Positions 1-14,412 of a stretch of 46,259 bases of DNA are shown piece after piece. Under the pieces are notes generated by a model. The model ran no database searches. It saw nothing but the letters and a program-made list of their open reading frames with translations, and had not been told where the DNA came from. The DNA lies in NCBI RefSeq assembly GCF_001194135.2, contig NC_068987.1, positions 93,826,124 to 93,872,382 on the forward strand, written 5' to 3'. How positions within the stretch are numbered: position 1 is the stretch's first letter; each line of letters opens with the position of its first letter. A program made the translations under genes and the position numbers. The stretch comes from Octopus bimaculoides. Taxonomy: Eukaryota.

Positions 1-65
1 CATCATCATCATCATCATCGTCATCATCATCGTCATCATCGTCATCATCATCGTCATCATCATCG

Positions 66-118
<53 letters not shown>

Positions 119-140
119 GTCATCATCGTCATCATCATCG

Positions 141-173
<33 letters not shown>

Positions 174-200
174 GCATCATCATCATCATCGTCATCATCA
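1..200. repeat. (CAT)n microsatellite with interspersed CGT units
   Basis: Direct reading; the array runs off the window start. Confidence 0.97.
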
Positions 201-1066
201 TTAACAACAACAACAACATTACTATAATTCTTGTTGTTGTCGTTGTGGTTGTTGATGTGTGTAATTGTCTTTTTTTATTCTTTGTTCTTTGTTCTTTTCT
301 TTTTCTTTTTTCTCCAGACTGATGGCAATTTTTAGGGTTGGAATTGCTGACGTTGATAACATTACCGTTTACATTTAATTTTTTTTATTTTTGGGGTTTG
401 GATAAAAATTGCCAAAGGTTTTTGTAGTAAATTGCTGGGAATTATAAGAATGATGGGTGAAATGGTGACCGGTGGAAGGGGTGGNNNNNNNNNNNNNNNN
501 NNNNNNNNNNNNNNNNNNNNNNNNNNNNNNNNNNNNNNNNNNNNNNNNNNNNNNNNNNNNNNNNNNNNNNNNNNNNNNNNNNNNNNNNNNNNNNNNNNNN
601 NNNNNNNNNNNNNNNNNNNNNNNNNNNNNNNNNNNNNNNNNNNNNNNNNNNNNNNNNNNNNNNNNNNNNNNNNNNNNNNNNNNNNNNNNNNNNNNNNNNN
701 NNNNNNNNNNNNNNNNNNNNNNNNNNNNNNNNNNNNNNNNNNNNNNNNNNNNNNNNNNNNNNNNNNNNNNNNNNNNNNNNNNNNNNNNNNNNNNNNNNNN
801 NNNNNNNNNNNNNNNNNNNNNNNNNNNNNNNNNNNNNNNNNNNNNNNNNNNNNNNNNNNNNNNNNNNNNNNNNNNNNNNNNNNNNNNNNNNNNNNNNNNN
901 NNNNNNNNNNNNNNNNNNNNNNNNNNNNGTGGTGGCGGTGGTGGTGGTGGTGGTGGTAGTCATCTGTGGCGCAGGGTGGTGGTTTTGGAAATATTAAGTT
1001 GGCAACAACAGCAATTCAAATGATGATAATGAGGATACGTTCAGAACGTTCACAATGGCAACAGTC

Positions 1067-1097
<31 letters not shown>

Positions 1098-1373
1098 CGA
1101 TGATGATGATGATGCGAAGGAGAAGTCGGAGAGGAATAGAGAAGATGATGATGATGATTGTTTTAGTATCAAGCCGAATATTTTTTTTTATAATTTCGGT
1201 AACGTTGAGCACAATAGCGATGAAGTGAAAATGAAAGAAGAATGGCGTCTGCATGAAATAGGGGCTGAGATGAGAAATTGGTGTGTGTAGGGTAGATAGG
1301 AAGATGGCTTGGAGGGTGGTAAGTTAATGGTTACCGTTATGTTGTTGACGAGGGTGGTGATGGTGATGGTGGC

Positions 1374-1419
<46 letters not shown>

Positions 1420-1901
1420 GTCGTGGTGGGGAAAAGCGTGCTGGCGGGGCTGAGGTTCTGATGCCGATTATAAAGTGAGTTTCTTTTCTAACTCCATCAC
1501 ATTTAAAAAGTAAGGGAGAAGAACCATAACGATTGCTGGAAAATTTAAAGCATAACACAAGACTTTTGAACAACAACAGCAACAACAACAATATTTCATT
1601 ATTTCTTATAAATTTAATAATTAATCATAGTTAAGTGCAGCCTACCATATTTAAAGAGATGAAATGATTTTTTGATCAGCTGAAATTATAACCTTAATGA
1701 GAAAAATACTGATTAGTGTTAATTATAATTATTGTCAAATGGGATAAGGGAAAGAACTGTGAAAATTTCATTTGACAAAACATTAAATGGAGACATAGGA
1801 AGCAGGTGGCAGGAAGGGTGGGTGGTCTTCACTTTGGTAGACATGGTGACATGGTTCTGTCTTTACTTCTAAAGCAATCACTACATGGGCGCGCTCAAAC
1901 A

Positions 1902-1933
1902 TGTGTGTGTGTGTGTATGTGTGTGCGTGTGTG

Positions 1934-1981
<48 letters not shown>

Positions 1982-2205
1982 NNNNNNNNNNNNNNNNNNN
2001 NNNNNNNNNNNNNNNNNNNNNNNNNNNNNNNNNNNNNNNNNNNNNNNNNNNNNNNNNNNNNNNNNNNNNNNNNNNNNNNNNNNNNNNNNNNNNNNNNNNN
2101 NNNNNNNNNNNNNNNNNNNNNNNNNNNNNNNNNNNNNNNNNNNNNNNNNNNNNNNNNNNNNNNNNNNNNNNNNNNNNNNNNNNNNNNNNNNNNNNNNNNN
2201 NNNNN

Positions 2206-2240
<35 letters not shown>

Positions 2241-2258
2241 TGCGTGTGTGTGTGTGTC
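1902..2258. repeat. (GT)n microsatellite interrupted by a gap
   Basis: Direct reading. Confidence 0.95.
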
Positions 2259-2765
2259 TGTATTATGTCATATAATTTATTATATCATCATATTATATGA
2301 AATGAAAAATTACTTTACTTGAACAATGAATTGAAAGAAATATTTAGTCATATTTCATTCCACACACACACACACACACACACAGCACACACACCTACTT
2401 AATATATCATGTGTGTGTGTGCGTGCGCATATTTGCGTGTGTTTAAGTGCTTGTGATTGTGTGTTTGCATTCATTTTTATTGGCGTGTGTGTGTGTTGGT
2501 GCGCATAAGCGTGTTTGTGTAGGCATGTCTATTTGTGGCTATATTTAGAGACGAGTGTCTGTCTGTGTGTCCGTTGATGTCACTTTAACAAACAATGTTT
2601 ATATGTTTTTTTTTTTTTTCTCTAAAAATATCTCAATTCGGTCTATGTTTAGTATGAACTTATTTGACCTATCGACTTCCTAATGGATATTTCATTTATT
2701 GACAGCTTCTCGCGCCTCCAACACTCAACACTCAACACTCCTCACACTCCATCAACGCTCACAAT

Positions 2766-2768
2766 CTT

Positions 2769-2840
<72 letters not shown>

Positions 2841-2896
2841 GTTATTATTATTATTATTATTATTGTTGTTGTTTATTGTTATTATTATTATTGTTA

Positions 2897-2956
<60 letters not shown>
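2766..2956. repeat. Compound microsatellite: (TTC)n followed by (TTA)n
   Basis: Direct reading. Confidence 0.97.
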
Positions 2957-2957
<1 letters not shown>

Positions 2958-4784
2958 TTCACACCCATTTATTTTCCTCACTCGTCTCACTGTTTTTATT
3001 TATTTATTTATTTGTTTTATTTTTTATGTCCCCCCCCCTCACCCCATCCCCGCCACCTGGAACTGGCTACTCTTGTGGCAGATATAATTTCTAAATCATC
3101 TGAGCTCCACCCATGAATACGAAGCCCTTATGAATATTTTTAAAAATTAATTATGACTCTTACCCTCTTCCAGATGCTGTCTGCCGCGCTCTGTTAGGAA
3201 TTATCTTTATCTTGATGAAGATGACGCTTATCAAGCTCCTACTGCTGCTGTTGCTGCTGCTGCCACTGATGATATGTTGATGGTGTTGATGATAATGATC
3301 ATTATGGTGACGATGATGGCATCATCTCCCTCATTACTTTTAGTATCATTATAATTGCATAATAGCCATTTTCACATGATGACTAACACAATATTTACTA
3401 AACATGATTGTAATTTCGTTTACAAATTTTATCGCAGTTATGCTGTGTCTCTAAACCATTAAATGAATTCCGTGGACAATTTTGCATTTCAATTGAAATA
3501 AGGTCGGATTTGGCACGATCAAGCATCAATTCATTCGAAAATATTGCCTGCCATTTGTAAGTCCTCAAAGACATGTAACTTAGTTCTGGTGATGATTTTT
3601 AAGGGAAGTCGGAAGTAATAGTTTAAGCGGCGAAAATATTTCTCCTTCAGAACCGAGAGAATTGGTGTTTAAACAGCATATTCACTTTTACAACAAAAGT
3701 GAACACATATTTACTAAATATATGGGTGTAACTATCTTTACAAATATATGCATGTATGTGTGTATGCATGTGTGTGTATGTATGTGCGTGCTAAGTTCCC
3801 TTCTGCGTGTAATTATTTGAAGTATTTCTCTAAGGTTTCAATCAAACTTCTAATCTCCATTACTGGAATGCAAGTAACTAAGACTATGACACTTGCAGAA
3901 TTTCAGTAAAAGGCTTGTATATTTTTTCAGTTCTATTTCCAGATTGCATTTGTAATGTGCGAGGTAGTTGGCTGATTTCTTTGTTTCTGGAAACCTTATT
4001 GTGTCCAGATTGTCACTTAATCCTTTACTTACAAAAAACACGCACACCAATTATCATTGGGATAAACGTGAATTTATAACGTGGATATAGATGCTGGAGG
4101 TTTCGAAGCAGTTTTCCCAGAGATATATAGACTCCACTTCTTCAGATTATACTTTCCAGTGTTTAAAACGAATGGATCCACTGGAGACGTGATTGAGTAA
4201 AATCAGACGTTTATGTGGTTGAGAATCTTTTAATCTTTTGTCGGATTAATCAGATTTAAAGAACAATAACAAGCATTAATGTTAAACCTCAGAGCATATC
4301 CAGTGTTTACACGTATTCTAACTAGCTCCCCTCAATTTGTGTCAAATATTTATAGTTTTAGCTTTGCAACTTGTATAAAAAAATTTTCAGTTTAAATTAA
4401 TTGGAAAACACTGGAAATGTGACAGGTGTAAACACAGTAGTTTAGCTACAATATATACATGTATGTGTGGGGGATGGTGGAGGTGTTTATATGTTTATAT
4501 ACGATATTGCTATATTACACATGTATAGAACTACATAGGAAACGTTTTGAAGTTTTATATTTACTCAGCGTTTCTTTGATATCTTTCATTCTGACATTTG
4601 TCGGCCTCACATACATACATGTGTATGAACTAAAGAATTATGACTGTCGAATCGAAGCAAGCTATTTGTCATCTTAGGAGCTTCTTTTTGCTGATGATGG
4701 CATTGATGGTGGAGATGGTGGTTGCATAAGATGTTAGTTGTAAAAATGATAATCTCTCTCGTGGTCTTAATAGTCTCCAATCAT

Positions 4785-4960
4785 CCCTGATCAATTGATT
4801 TTTATGACCAAAAATATTCTACCAATGACCATCCCATGTGATATTTAAAGATAGAACAACCGGGACCACATTGCTCATCACAACTTCACAATTTCAAGAC
4901 GGCAATTTGTGATTGGTGGTAGATTTCGGTTGGTATTTCTATTTCTAATATGGCGATTAA
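4785..4960 (-). mobile_element. Diverged copy of an interspersed repeat related to 23620-23810
   Basis: TGACCAAAAATATTCTACCAATGACCATCCC and GGTAGATTTCGGTTGGTATTTCTA resemble the reverse complement of the 23.6-kb copy (TAGAAATAGCTACCAAAT). Confidence 0.45.
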
Positions 4961-5158
4961 TTACATCGCTGGCAAGCGAAATGCAATGCCCGTTGTTTGT
5001 ATTCCTAAGATACACAATGGCTGAGATCATTATGCAAATTTTCAATGTAAATAGAAAATAGTAAAATGCTTGTTTAAATAACTTTCGAATAGTAGGTTAA
5101 ATTGCGAAATTAATGTAACTTCTCCATACCACTTTTTTCTCCTTTTTTCTCCCTCTCC

Positions 5159-5162
<4 letters not shown>

Positions 5163-5214
<52 letters not shown>

Positions 5215-5860
5215 NNNNNNNNNNNNNNNNNNNNNNNNNNNNNNNNNNNNNNNNNNNNNNNNNNNNNNNNNNNNNNNNNNNNNNNNNNNNNNNNNNNNNN
5301 NNNNNNNNNNNNNNNNNNNNNNNNNNNNNNNNNNNNNNNNNNNNNNNNNNNNNNNNNNNNNNNNNNNNNNNNNNNNNNNNNNNNNNNNNNNNNNNNNNNN
5401 NNNNNNNNNNNNNNNNNNNNNNNNNNNNNNNNNNNNNNNNNNNNNNNNNNNNNNNNNNNNNNNNNNNNNNNNNNNNNNNNNNNNNNNNNNNNNNNNNNNN
5501 NNNNNNNNNNNNNNNNNNNNNNNNNNNNNNNNNNNNNNNNNNNNNNNNNNNNNNNNNNNNNNNNNNNNNNNNNNNNNNNNNNNNNNNNNNNNNNNNNNNN
5601 NNNNNNNNNNNNNNNNNNNNNNNNNNNNNNNNNNNNNNNNNNNNNNNNNNNNNNNNNNNNNNNNNNNNNNNNNNNNNNNNNNNNNNNNNNNNNNNNNNNN
5701 NNNNNNNNNNNNNNNNNNNNNNNNNNNNNNNNNNNNNNNNNNNNNNNNNNNNNNNNNNNNNNNNNNNNNNNNNNNNNNNNNNNNNNNNNNNNNNNNNNNN
5801 NNNNNNNNNNNNNNNNNNNNNNNNNNNNNNNNNNNNNNNNNNNNNNNNNNNNTATGTATG

Positions 5861-5928
<68 letters not shown>
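5163..5928. repeat. (CT)n and (TA)n/(TATG)n microsatellites flanking a gap
   Basis: Direct reading. Confidence 0.95.
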
Positions 5929-5931
<3 letters not shown>

Positions 5932-7033
5932 GCATGTATACATGAGTATATGTCGTACGTGTGGCTGCATATATGCAGAGAGACACGTACATAAACGTAC
6001 ATTTCTTGCTATATATAGTAAAATTATGTTTGTATTGTTATTCCTCTTTTTAAATGGAATGATGTTGATGTTGCAGGAAACTAAAGACAAGATAAATTCG
6101 ATAAAAATAACCTCTCTGAAGAGGTTATTCGAGAGATTTCAGATTGCAAAAGCCTCTCCGCCAATATTTCATGGCAACGTTTTGATTAAATTCTATCATT
6201 TTTCACACTTGCAGTTCACACTTTTCTTTTGTGATGAAGAAAGATAGAAAGATTTAAATTGGTGCTGTTGGTATAGGTGGCGCTGCTGATGATATATTTG
6301 TGTATTGGTGGTGTAGGAGATATTAGGGGTAGTAGTTGTGGTGTTTGTGGTGGATTTAATGTTGGTGGTGTAGGGATGATAGTGGTGGTGATGTTGGTGG
6401 TGGTAGTGGTGGCGGTTGTGGTAGCAAGGATTGTATAAATTTGTGTTTCTAGTGGTCGGTGTTCACGTGGTGTGTACCGGGGTAGCGTATGATGCATTGG
6501 GCTGTGTGGGTATGTTTGGGAAATATATGTTGTTGCTGGTGTGTTCGAAGTATGCGCATGCGACTGTGGGATTTTCGATGTCTCTGTATGTTTTATTTTG
6601 ATCACGTCAACGCAAATATGTATTCAAAAGAGGGGAAGAGTGAGAGAGAGAGGGAGAGAGAGAGAGAGGTAGTGATATTAAGAGAGAAAAAAGAGATAGG
6701 GAAACAAACAGAATGGCGTACGAAGGAGCAAAAGTAGGAGGCAGAGGAGTAAGAAAAGGAAGGAGTAGAGGGAAAAGCGATTTGCATCTGAAAAACTTTC
6801 AAAAATGGAATTAAGGGACGTGAAGACATATAGAGTAACAGAAACACATACACACATATATTCATACATATCTATATGCATTCACACATATCTATATGCA
6901 TTCACACATTTAAGCATATGTTTGTGTGTGTGTATATATATACATATATAATATAAATATATGCTTATATACATACATATACGTACATACCTGCATATAT
7001 GTATATATACATGCATATATACATACATATATG

Positions 7034-7071
<38 letters not shown>

Positions 7072-8410
7072 TATATATGTATATATACATGCATCAACAA
7101 AAACGTGAACAAAAAGGGAAACGAGTTGAGATTCAGAGATTCTCGGTATGGAAAATATCTAGTAGCACTCAAAATAACCCAAACTTAGATTCCGATGTCT
7201 TTATGAGGGGCCAATTCCACAAGGTAAATAATGGCTATAAAAGGAATGCAGGCGAGCAGATATGGAGGCAATTATGCGTATAAACATATGAAATCCGTCA
7301 GTTTGGGTTTGATATACAAAATATATTTATGTGCCTACATCATGCAAACATAAATAAAGCAAAGAATGAAGATTTTCAGATGATTAATATTTAAGTATCA
7401 ATACATAGATATTGACAGATTAATCGATCAAACTCAAAGTACAAACAACAGAGAAAATTCAAGAGGAGCAGGTAAGGTGTTATACGTCCAACAGCTGTTT
7501 CTGGGAGCTCAGAGATCCATCGTAATGCTGGTAGATGTAGTTCACCAAAATATGCAGACAGTAATGGAAATAAATAAACATTGGATGATAAATCGAACTA
7601 CTATCATCAGGGCAGAAAGAAAATCTTACATTTCAGATCAGGGTGCAGAAAAGTGCGAGCCTAGCAGGTGATCCTTGTCAAAGTCAGAATAGACCCGGGA
7701 ACGATAGTAGCTGAGGAATAGGTCCACTCTCCTCAAAACCCTGGAAAATACGAACCAGGGACCTATTACTGGATGCAATTTAAAGTCATACACAAGGACA
7801 TTGTTACTGATTCGGCGATGGATATATATTGCTGCTTTTTGTTGTTGTTCTTTTTGCCATTGATGCTAATTAATCTATTTGTTTTATTGTTGCTTTGTAT
7901 GTTATCATTTTTACTAATGTAAACTTTGATATTTCAGTAACACATGTCCCATTCTGACTTGAAAGTTGAGGTGGGTCAGTATTAATAGTGGTAATGGTTT
8001 TGAGGGTGTTATTTAAAACGATCCTGCTAGAAATAATAGGGATGTCTTCATAAAGTGTTCCCAGCAGTCTTTAAAAGACGAAGCAACATATTGTTCGTCA
8101 TTGCTGTTGACCTTTACCTGGTGTTAGTCACCATCATTGTTACCTTTCAGCTTACATTTATTACTGTTGTTGCTGTTTTTCATCTTCTTCTTTCTAGCGA
8201 TGCTTGCAGCAGGGTCCTTAGATTCCCCCATGCTCTTCTTCTTTTATTCCCTTTTACAGTTTCTCCTTCATTTTGTTATTTTACTTGTTATCCCTGTCGT
8301 TGTTGTCATTGTTGCAATCTTTGTTACGAACGATCTGTCGTCGATGTCGTATCTTTTCTCGTTGCGATTAATTCTGTTCTTTTCCAGAGCGATTATTTTT
8401 ATTATTATTA

Positions 8411-8815
8411 TGGTTCAGTAGTTTTATTTTTATAACGTGCTTTCACTTCACTACCGAGCGCAGTTCTGTGCGCCTTGGGTATGTGCTGTGGTTTGCTGTG
8501 GTGCTCTTATGTTTACTGTATTGAAAGTGTTTTGCGTAGAATGTGTGCAGTACCCAGTAGTGCAATTTTCTGTATGTTATATATATTTGTAAGTCCTGGT
8601 GTTTTTGTTATGTATTTGTCTGAATATTTTTTTTATTATACCTAAGGCACCTACTATGATAGGAATTGTTTCTGTTTTTAGATTCTACATTCGAGTTATC
8701 TCTATTTCCAGGTCTTTGTATTTTGAAAGTGTTTCCATTTCTTTTAGAGAAACGTTGTTATCTGCTGGTATTGATACATCAATTAGAAAGCATTTTTTTT
8801 CTTCATGATCTTTGA
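8411..8815 (-). mobile_element. 5'-truncated 3' end of an R4/Dong-clade non-LTR retrotransposon (restriction-like endonuclease C-terminus, 3' UTR, (AAT)n flank)
   Basis: The minus strand translates to DHEEKKCFLIDVSIPADNNVSLKEMETLSKYKDLEIEITRM*NLKTETIPIIVGALGIIKK, then after a +1 frameshift YSDKYITKTPGLTNIYNIQKIALLGTAHILRKTLSIQ* (stop 8513-8515). The IDVSIP, KYKDL and IPIIVGALG motifs are typical of R2/R4 RLE domains. A second copy lies at 46134-46259. Confidence 0.85.
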
Positions 8816-9048
8816 AGAAAAAAGGCAAATATNNNNNNNNNNNNNNNNNNNNNNNNNNNNNNNNNNNNNNNNNNNNNNNNNNNNNNNNNNNNNNNNNNNN
8901 NNNNNNNNNNNNNNNNNNNNNNNNNNNNNNNNNNNNNNNNNNNNNNNNNNNNNNNNNNNNNNNNNNNNNNNNNNNNNNNNNNNNNNNNNNNNNNNNNNNN
9001 NNNNNNNNNNNNNNNNNNNNNNNNNNNNNNNNNNNNNNNNNNNNNNNN

Positions 9049-9118
<70 letters not shown>

Positions 9119-9129
9119 CATTATTATTA

Positions 9130-9169
<40 letters not shown>
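9049..9169. repeat. (TTA)n microsatellite
   Basis: Direct reading. Confidence 0.97.
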
Positions 9170-9922
9170 GATTTTTCGCTGTTGTTGCTAACGTTGTGAT
9201 TCATTATTGTTGTTGGTAATGTTGCTATCGTTGTTTTTGCTTAAACATCATCTCTGACAGTTCGCCGTCTTCTGATGAAAATGAAATCACAATGGCAAAC
9301 GGCCTTTCTTTGTTTCGAGCAAAATTATTTTTTATATTTTTTTCTCTTTTTTTTTTGTTTGATTTTAAATAAATGGCGCTGAGTCATACAGAATATTTAT
9401 TTCCCTCATTTCTAATAAAATATAAACCCTCCCCTTCGTCTCTATATGTGTCTGGGTCTGACTTTGAATATCTATTTTGGTTGCATATTTGCCCGCGTAC
9501 AAGTTCCGCTCTTCTTTTCGGTGTATTTGCTTGCGTGAGCGAGGAGACGTGACTGTGTGGTCGATTTGTTGTGATAATGGAGAGACTCTGACGTGGGTAG
9601 CTGTAATGTGCCGCTGTGTCTATGTGCTTGTGTGTTTGTGTGTGTAAGTATTTGTTTGCGTATGTAGCCAGTACATGAGTGAACGATGGATTTCTTATGT
9701 GTATAGAGGTGTGAATATGTACGTGTTTATATGTGTTTGCGTGGATCTCTCTCTAAGCTCTAGGTAGATGTATTCTGTGCCTGTAAAAGCCTCATGTATT
9801 TGGTAGGTATGTATACACGTTACATATCTGTATGTATAAAAATCGTAGATGTATATATTTTGGCGGTGCATATATTCGTCTAATTATTCCTGAGTGTTTG
9901 TGGCATCGAAAATACGTTGGTG

Positions 9923-9932
<10 letters not shown>

Positions 9933-10008
<76 letters not shown>

Positions 10009-10057
10009 TGTGTGTATGTGTGTGTGTGCGTGTGTGCGTGAGTGTGTGTGTGTGTGC
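9933..10057. repeat. (TG)n microsatellite
   Basis: Direct reading. Confidence 0.97.
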
Positions 10058-10267
10058 AGAGAATGTAGAAATGAGTTTTGTTTACAGGGTTTTCGGGGTA
10101 AATTTCACGATATTTTATCTCATTTTTTCCAAGAACAGCTTCACGAATGATGAACAGTCAACTGCGTTGGAGAGCATAAACATCAAAGCCGTAGTTGAAA
10201 CAAAGTTAGTTGACTTGGGAGCCATCTGTATATTATAAGAGTTGCCTGTATCATGGTGACTCACGCT

Positions 10268-10712
10268 ATGTATCAAATGTCTGACGTCACGATTGCTGCT
10301 CACTGCTCTATGAACACTATAAAAGCTGTAAGATGTGAAAGGGACAGCTACAACAGACACTACGGAACCGTGACTAGCGGGTAGGGACACAACAAGCGTT
10401 CTGACTGCGTCCGCACGTCGATATTCCTCCCCAGATCTTTGAACATGGGGATAAGTTCAATTCAGACGGTCCTGTGAAGCTGTTACTGATTGTGGTCAGT
10501 TCATAGTTAGAGAAGGTCACTGCTGGTTTAGTATGTGTAGGGTGCATTTGAGAAAGACCCAGACAATTCTACCGGAAAAGTCGCGGCCAGCTGATGACCA
10601 AGATCAAACAGAGGCTCGAAGATCTTCCTGGAAACACATAAGGAATGCACGCGCCAGATTCCGGAGCCGACTTGAGGCCGTGATGGCAGCTGAGGACGGT
10701 TACTCTCAGTAA
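10268..10712 (+). mobile_element. Internally deleted, decayed Tc1/mariner transposase remnant (maT/DD37D-like)
   Basis: An N-terminal-like segment (TIAAHCSMNTIKAVR...GHNKRSDCVRT) is joined to C-terminal segments YV*GAFEKD, QLMTKIKQRLEDLP and IRNARARFRSRLEAVMAAEDGYSQ*. These parallel the C-terminus of the 39.3-40.2 kb element. Confidence 0.75.
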
Positions 10713-13700
10713 ACTGTTATTTCCCAGCCAGAATCTAGTGAATATTTTTTTTATTTTCTAAAGTACTCTTCTTTTATGGGGAGGATGTGTTTTCTTTCCC
10801 TTTTAGGCAAAATGTCAAATTTAGTCCGAACACCCTATATTTTGTCAGTTAAGAACATGCATATTTGGGGTGTGGAATCAGTGTGTATGTGTGTGGATTA
10901 TGTGTGGATTGTGTGTATGGTGTGGGTGGTGTTTGTTGTGTTAACAGGTATGTACGTGGATTTTATTTTTGTGTGTTTTTTTGGTATATGTGATTATTGC
11001 TGTTGTTGCAATCGTTTAGCCCAAAGTCAAATTATATCGTTCACTCCGATGATGAAATGCCTTCCAGCCGTGACAAACCGGTGGAATGTCTACCTAGAAT
11101 GTGTCAAGTTAAGAGCGTTTAAGAATGTGGTATTTTTCCGGCACTTTACTTTCCAACTACTCCGATAAGTGTTGTAATTTTCTTGTATCTAACTGAGAGG
11201 AGGGTGTCTTGTAGATTAGGAAGTCAACAATGAATTATCATTGTATTTTCCTATGAAAGTCTTCCATTCTAAACCCGCAGAACTTGTCAAGGAATTCACC
11301 AGATGGCGTTCATTAACCTGATGATGAAGCATACCAATGATATTCCAGCTATTTCCTCCTCCCACTTTTTCCCGGAAATACTTTATCTCGATCTATATTT
11401 TCCAGTGCATCTTTTCTGTTATAAGACAAAAAGGTTATTTGATGAAAAAAAAGGTTATTCGAAAAAAAAAATCCCATATTGATGAGGTTCAATACGACGG
11501 GAATATATTTTTAGTTATCAGACATTCTATTCAATAGCTAAGTTTTTAATTGTGACATTAATTTGTAACTTCTTGAAATTGTTCCTTGTTTTCTTTGAAT
11601 ATACTTAACAGTTGTCGCCATATAATCAACTTATGTAAACAATTATTGCCGTGAAATTCATTTGTGTTCATTTCGTTCGGCTTTTTAGTAAACGACAATA
11701 TTGGTATGATATGTTTTTCAATTCCGTTCCAGAGATTTTGCTCCAATATTTGAACATAATTAGAATAAATATATTTGCATACATTTAGAAAGTGACATTA
11801 GACAACTAATCTTAATTGAAATGTGTTTGAAGAAGAAATTCAGTATTTTTGTTTTTTTAAATTTAATTTCTGTTGTATAATTCCTGAGAAGTGTTGATCG
11901 AAAAGATCAACGAGTGAAGATGTTCCATGAGCGACCAGTTCCTATTGTAATTCGGATATGGCTTATTTCAGAACACCGTGGGGTCACGTGTCATCTTCCT
12001 TCTTCTTTAATACAACACTCAACATTTATAAGATGATGATGAGGAGGAGGAGGAGGGGGGGTAGGGGGAGGAAGAGGAGGAGGGGTGGAAGAGGAGCAAA
12101 AGGAGGATTGTAATTGTAGTGGTGACTGTAGGCAGATCTTAAGTATGAGGACCAACAACGTCGTTCTACGCAGTCATTACATATGTTTGTGCGCGTGACT
12201 GCCTCTCGCTTTTCCCCTTGTTCCCTCCGTCCTCTCTCTCTCCTCTTCTCTCCCTCTTTCTCCATCTCTCTCTCCCTCCCTCCTTATCCCTCTTTCTATC
12301 TTTATTCCTCCAATAAACCATCACGTATCATGCTCCGGTTGCTTTTTTTGTTTCTTTTCAACTTGTTTTGTTCCATTGATAGAAGTTTCTGTCTGCATTG
12401 AATTCTTAATTGTTGCTGTGGTTGTTTCTGATGACTATCTTTGTTTTACTGATGTTAACATAGTTAATGGCGTCAGCATTTCATTTAGAAATACTGCAAT
12501 TAAATTGACAATGCAAGCTAAAATTCTCCTTAATTAACGGCAATCACCTAAACTCAGTCAGTTGCACCTACAATTATCCCTTGCAAACATGCTTCAGCCG
12601 AAAGCTGAAGGATATACGAAAGCTTCTAAAGCTGCCAGCGTTGCAGAATTGGCTGCCTGTCATTTTGCACACTCCCAAATATCTAAATCACTTGTTTAAT
12701 CAAGATTTATACAAAATATAAAGATCATAAATATAATACAAAAATACTAAAAAACAATAAATAGTGGCAGCTTGATCAATGATTTTCAGCTGATGGATCT
12801 CGGACCAAGAGAGACCATTGAAAAATCCTCTGTCACATGTTAAACTGGTATGAAACATTAACGTTTTTAACTGTGTGTTGATTATTTTAATTTTTCCCAT
12901 TAAGTTACATTATTTGATGTTTAATTTAATTTGTTCTCTTAAAATTTTGGGTTAATTTCATTGATTTTATCCTCAGGTGGTTCGTGAAAATATTCAGTCA
13001 ATCGAAGTGGTCCGCGATAGGAAACCAGTTGAGAACTGATGGACTAATGAGGAAAACAACAACCGAAGGAATTAGTATGCGGTCAAAGGATCTGATCTGC
13101 TAGACATAGCAGCCAAAGTCCTTCAAAGATATTCTGACTGCTTGAAAGAAAAAAGAAAGTGTATTTTGTAATGTGCAATCGTTGATAATCCAAAAGTAGT
13201 GATGGTCACTAGTGGAACACTTTGATTTTAGTTCAGCTCGATTTGGGTGTCTGGTGGCTAAACTACAACAACATTTACAATAAAAACGAAAAACGGAGAT
13301 TGGACATTAATGAAGATCAGCTGTAAATTGGAAAGATATTTAAGAAGGACTAAGGAAAGGGAAGAGAGAAAAACTAGAGAGAATGAACGAGCAAAAGAAT
13401 GACTGAGAGAATAGAAAAGGCAAGGAATGAGTGAGTGAAATGAAGAAGGTAAGAAAGAAAAAACAGAGAGGTTAAACGAAGGAATGAAAATACGAAAATA
13501 TTGAAGAAAGGAAAGTAATTGAAGTCAAGAACGAAAGAAAAGAAAACAACGAATAAAGAGAAGGAAGAAAGAAAGAGAAAGGAAGACAACTAAACAGAAA
13601 GAAAGAAAGAAAGAAATAACGGAAGGAAAGACAGAAACAAAAATAGATAGCAAAAGAAAGAAGAAAAGAAATAAGTAAGGAAAGAAAAGAAGAAAATCTG

Positions 13701-14376
13701 GACGATTTGAGATCCTTCAAGGAGTTGTAATTAAGACAGCCACAACCATTACATCATCATCATCATCATCATCAGCGGTACCAAAAGCNNNNNNNNNNNN
13801 NNNNNNNNNNNNNNNNNNNNNNNNNNNNNNNNNNNNNNNNNNNNNNNNNNNNNNNNNNNNNNNNNNNNNNNNNNNNNNNNNNNNNNNNNNNNNNNNNNNN
13901 NNNNNNNNNNNNNNNNNNNNNNNNNNNNNNNNNNNNNNNNNNNNNNNNNNNNNNNNNNNNNNNNNNNNNNNNNNNNNNNNNNNNNNNNNNNNNNNNNNNN
14001 NNNNNNNNNNNNNNNNNNNNNNNNNNNNNNNNNNNNNNNNNNNNNNNNNNNNNNNNNNNNNNNNNNNNNNNNNNNNNNNNNNNNNNNNNNNNNNNNNNNN
14101 NNNNNNNNNNNNNNNNNNNNNNNNNNNNNNNNNNNNNNNNNNNNNNNNNNNNNNNNNNNNNNNNNNNNNNNNNNNNNNNNNNNNNNNNNNNNNNNNNNNN
14201 NNNNNNNNNNNNNNNNNNNNNNNNNNNNNNNNNNNNNNNNNNNNNNNNNNNNNNNNNNNNNNNNNNNNNNNNNNNNNAGTGCGTATGTGTGTGTTAATGT
14301 GTTTCTGCATGTTTTCGCGTGTGTTTGTGTTTCTGTTTTTGTTGTCTAAGCTTAACTGTGCGTTCCGTATGCGTGG

Positions 14377-14412
<36 letters not shown>

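Noticed and set aside
4090-4146. Minus-strand CTGAAGA...CGAAAC spacing resembling a hammerhead core
   Set aside because: Helix II pairs only with extra unpaired bases, and no GUH/NUH or helix I follows GAAAC. At best a badly decayed relic.
6105-6128. 10-bp hairpin AATAACCTCT-CTGA-AGAGGTTATT
   Set aside because: An isolated AT-rich stem with no associated element end or second copy; compatible with chance.
7690-7800. Segment resembling an interspersed repeat I recall from octopus (GGATGCAATTTAAAGTCATAC)
   Set aside because: No second copy in the window to support it; recollection alone is insufficient.
12960-13105. Strong-looking splice acceptor TTTTATCCTCAG followed by a short open frame
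   Set aside because: No convincing donor or recognisable peptide; such motifs are frequent in AT-rich DNA.
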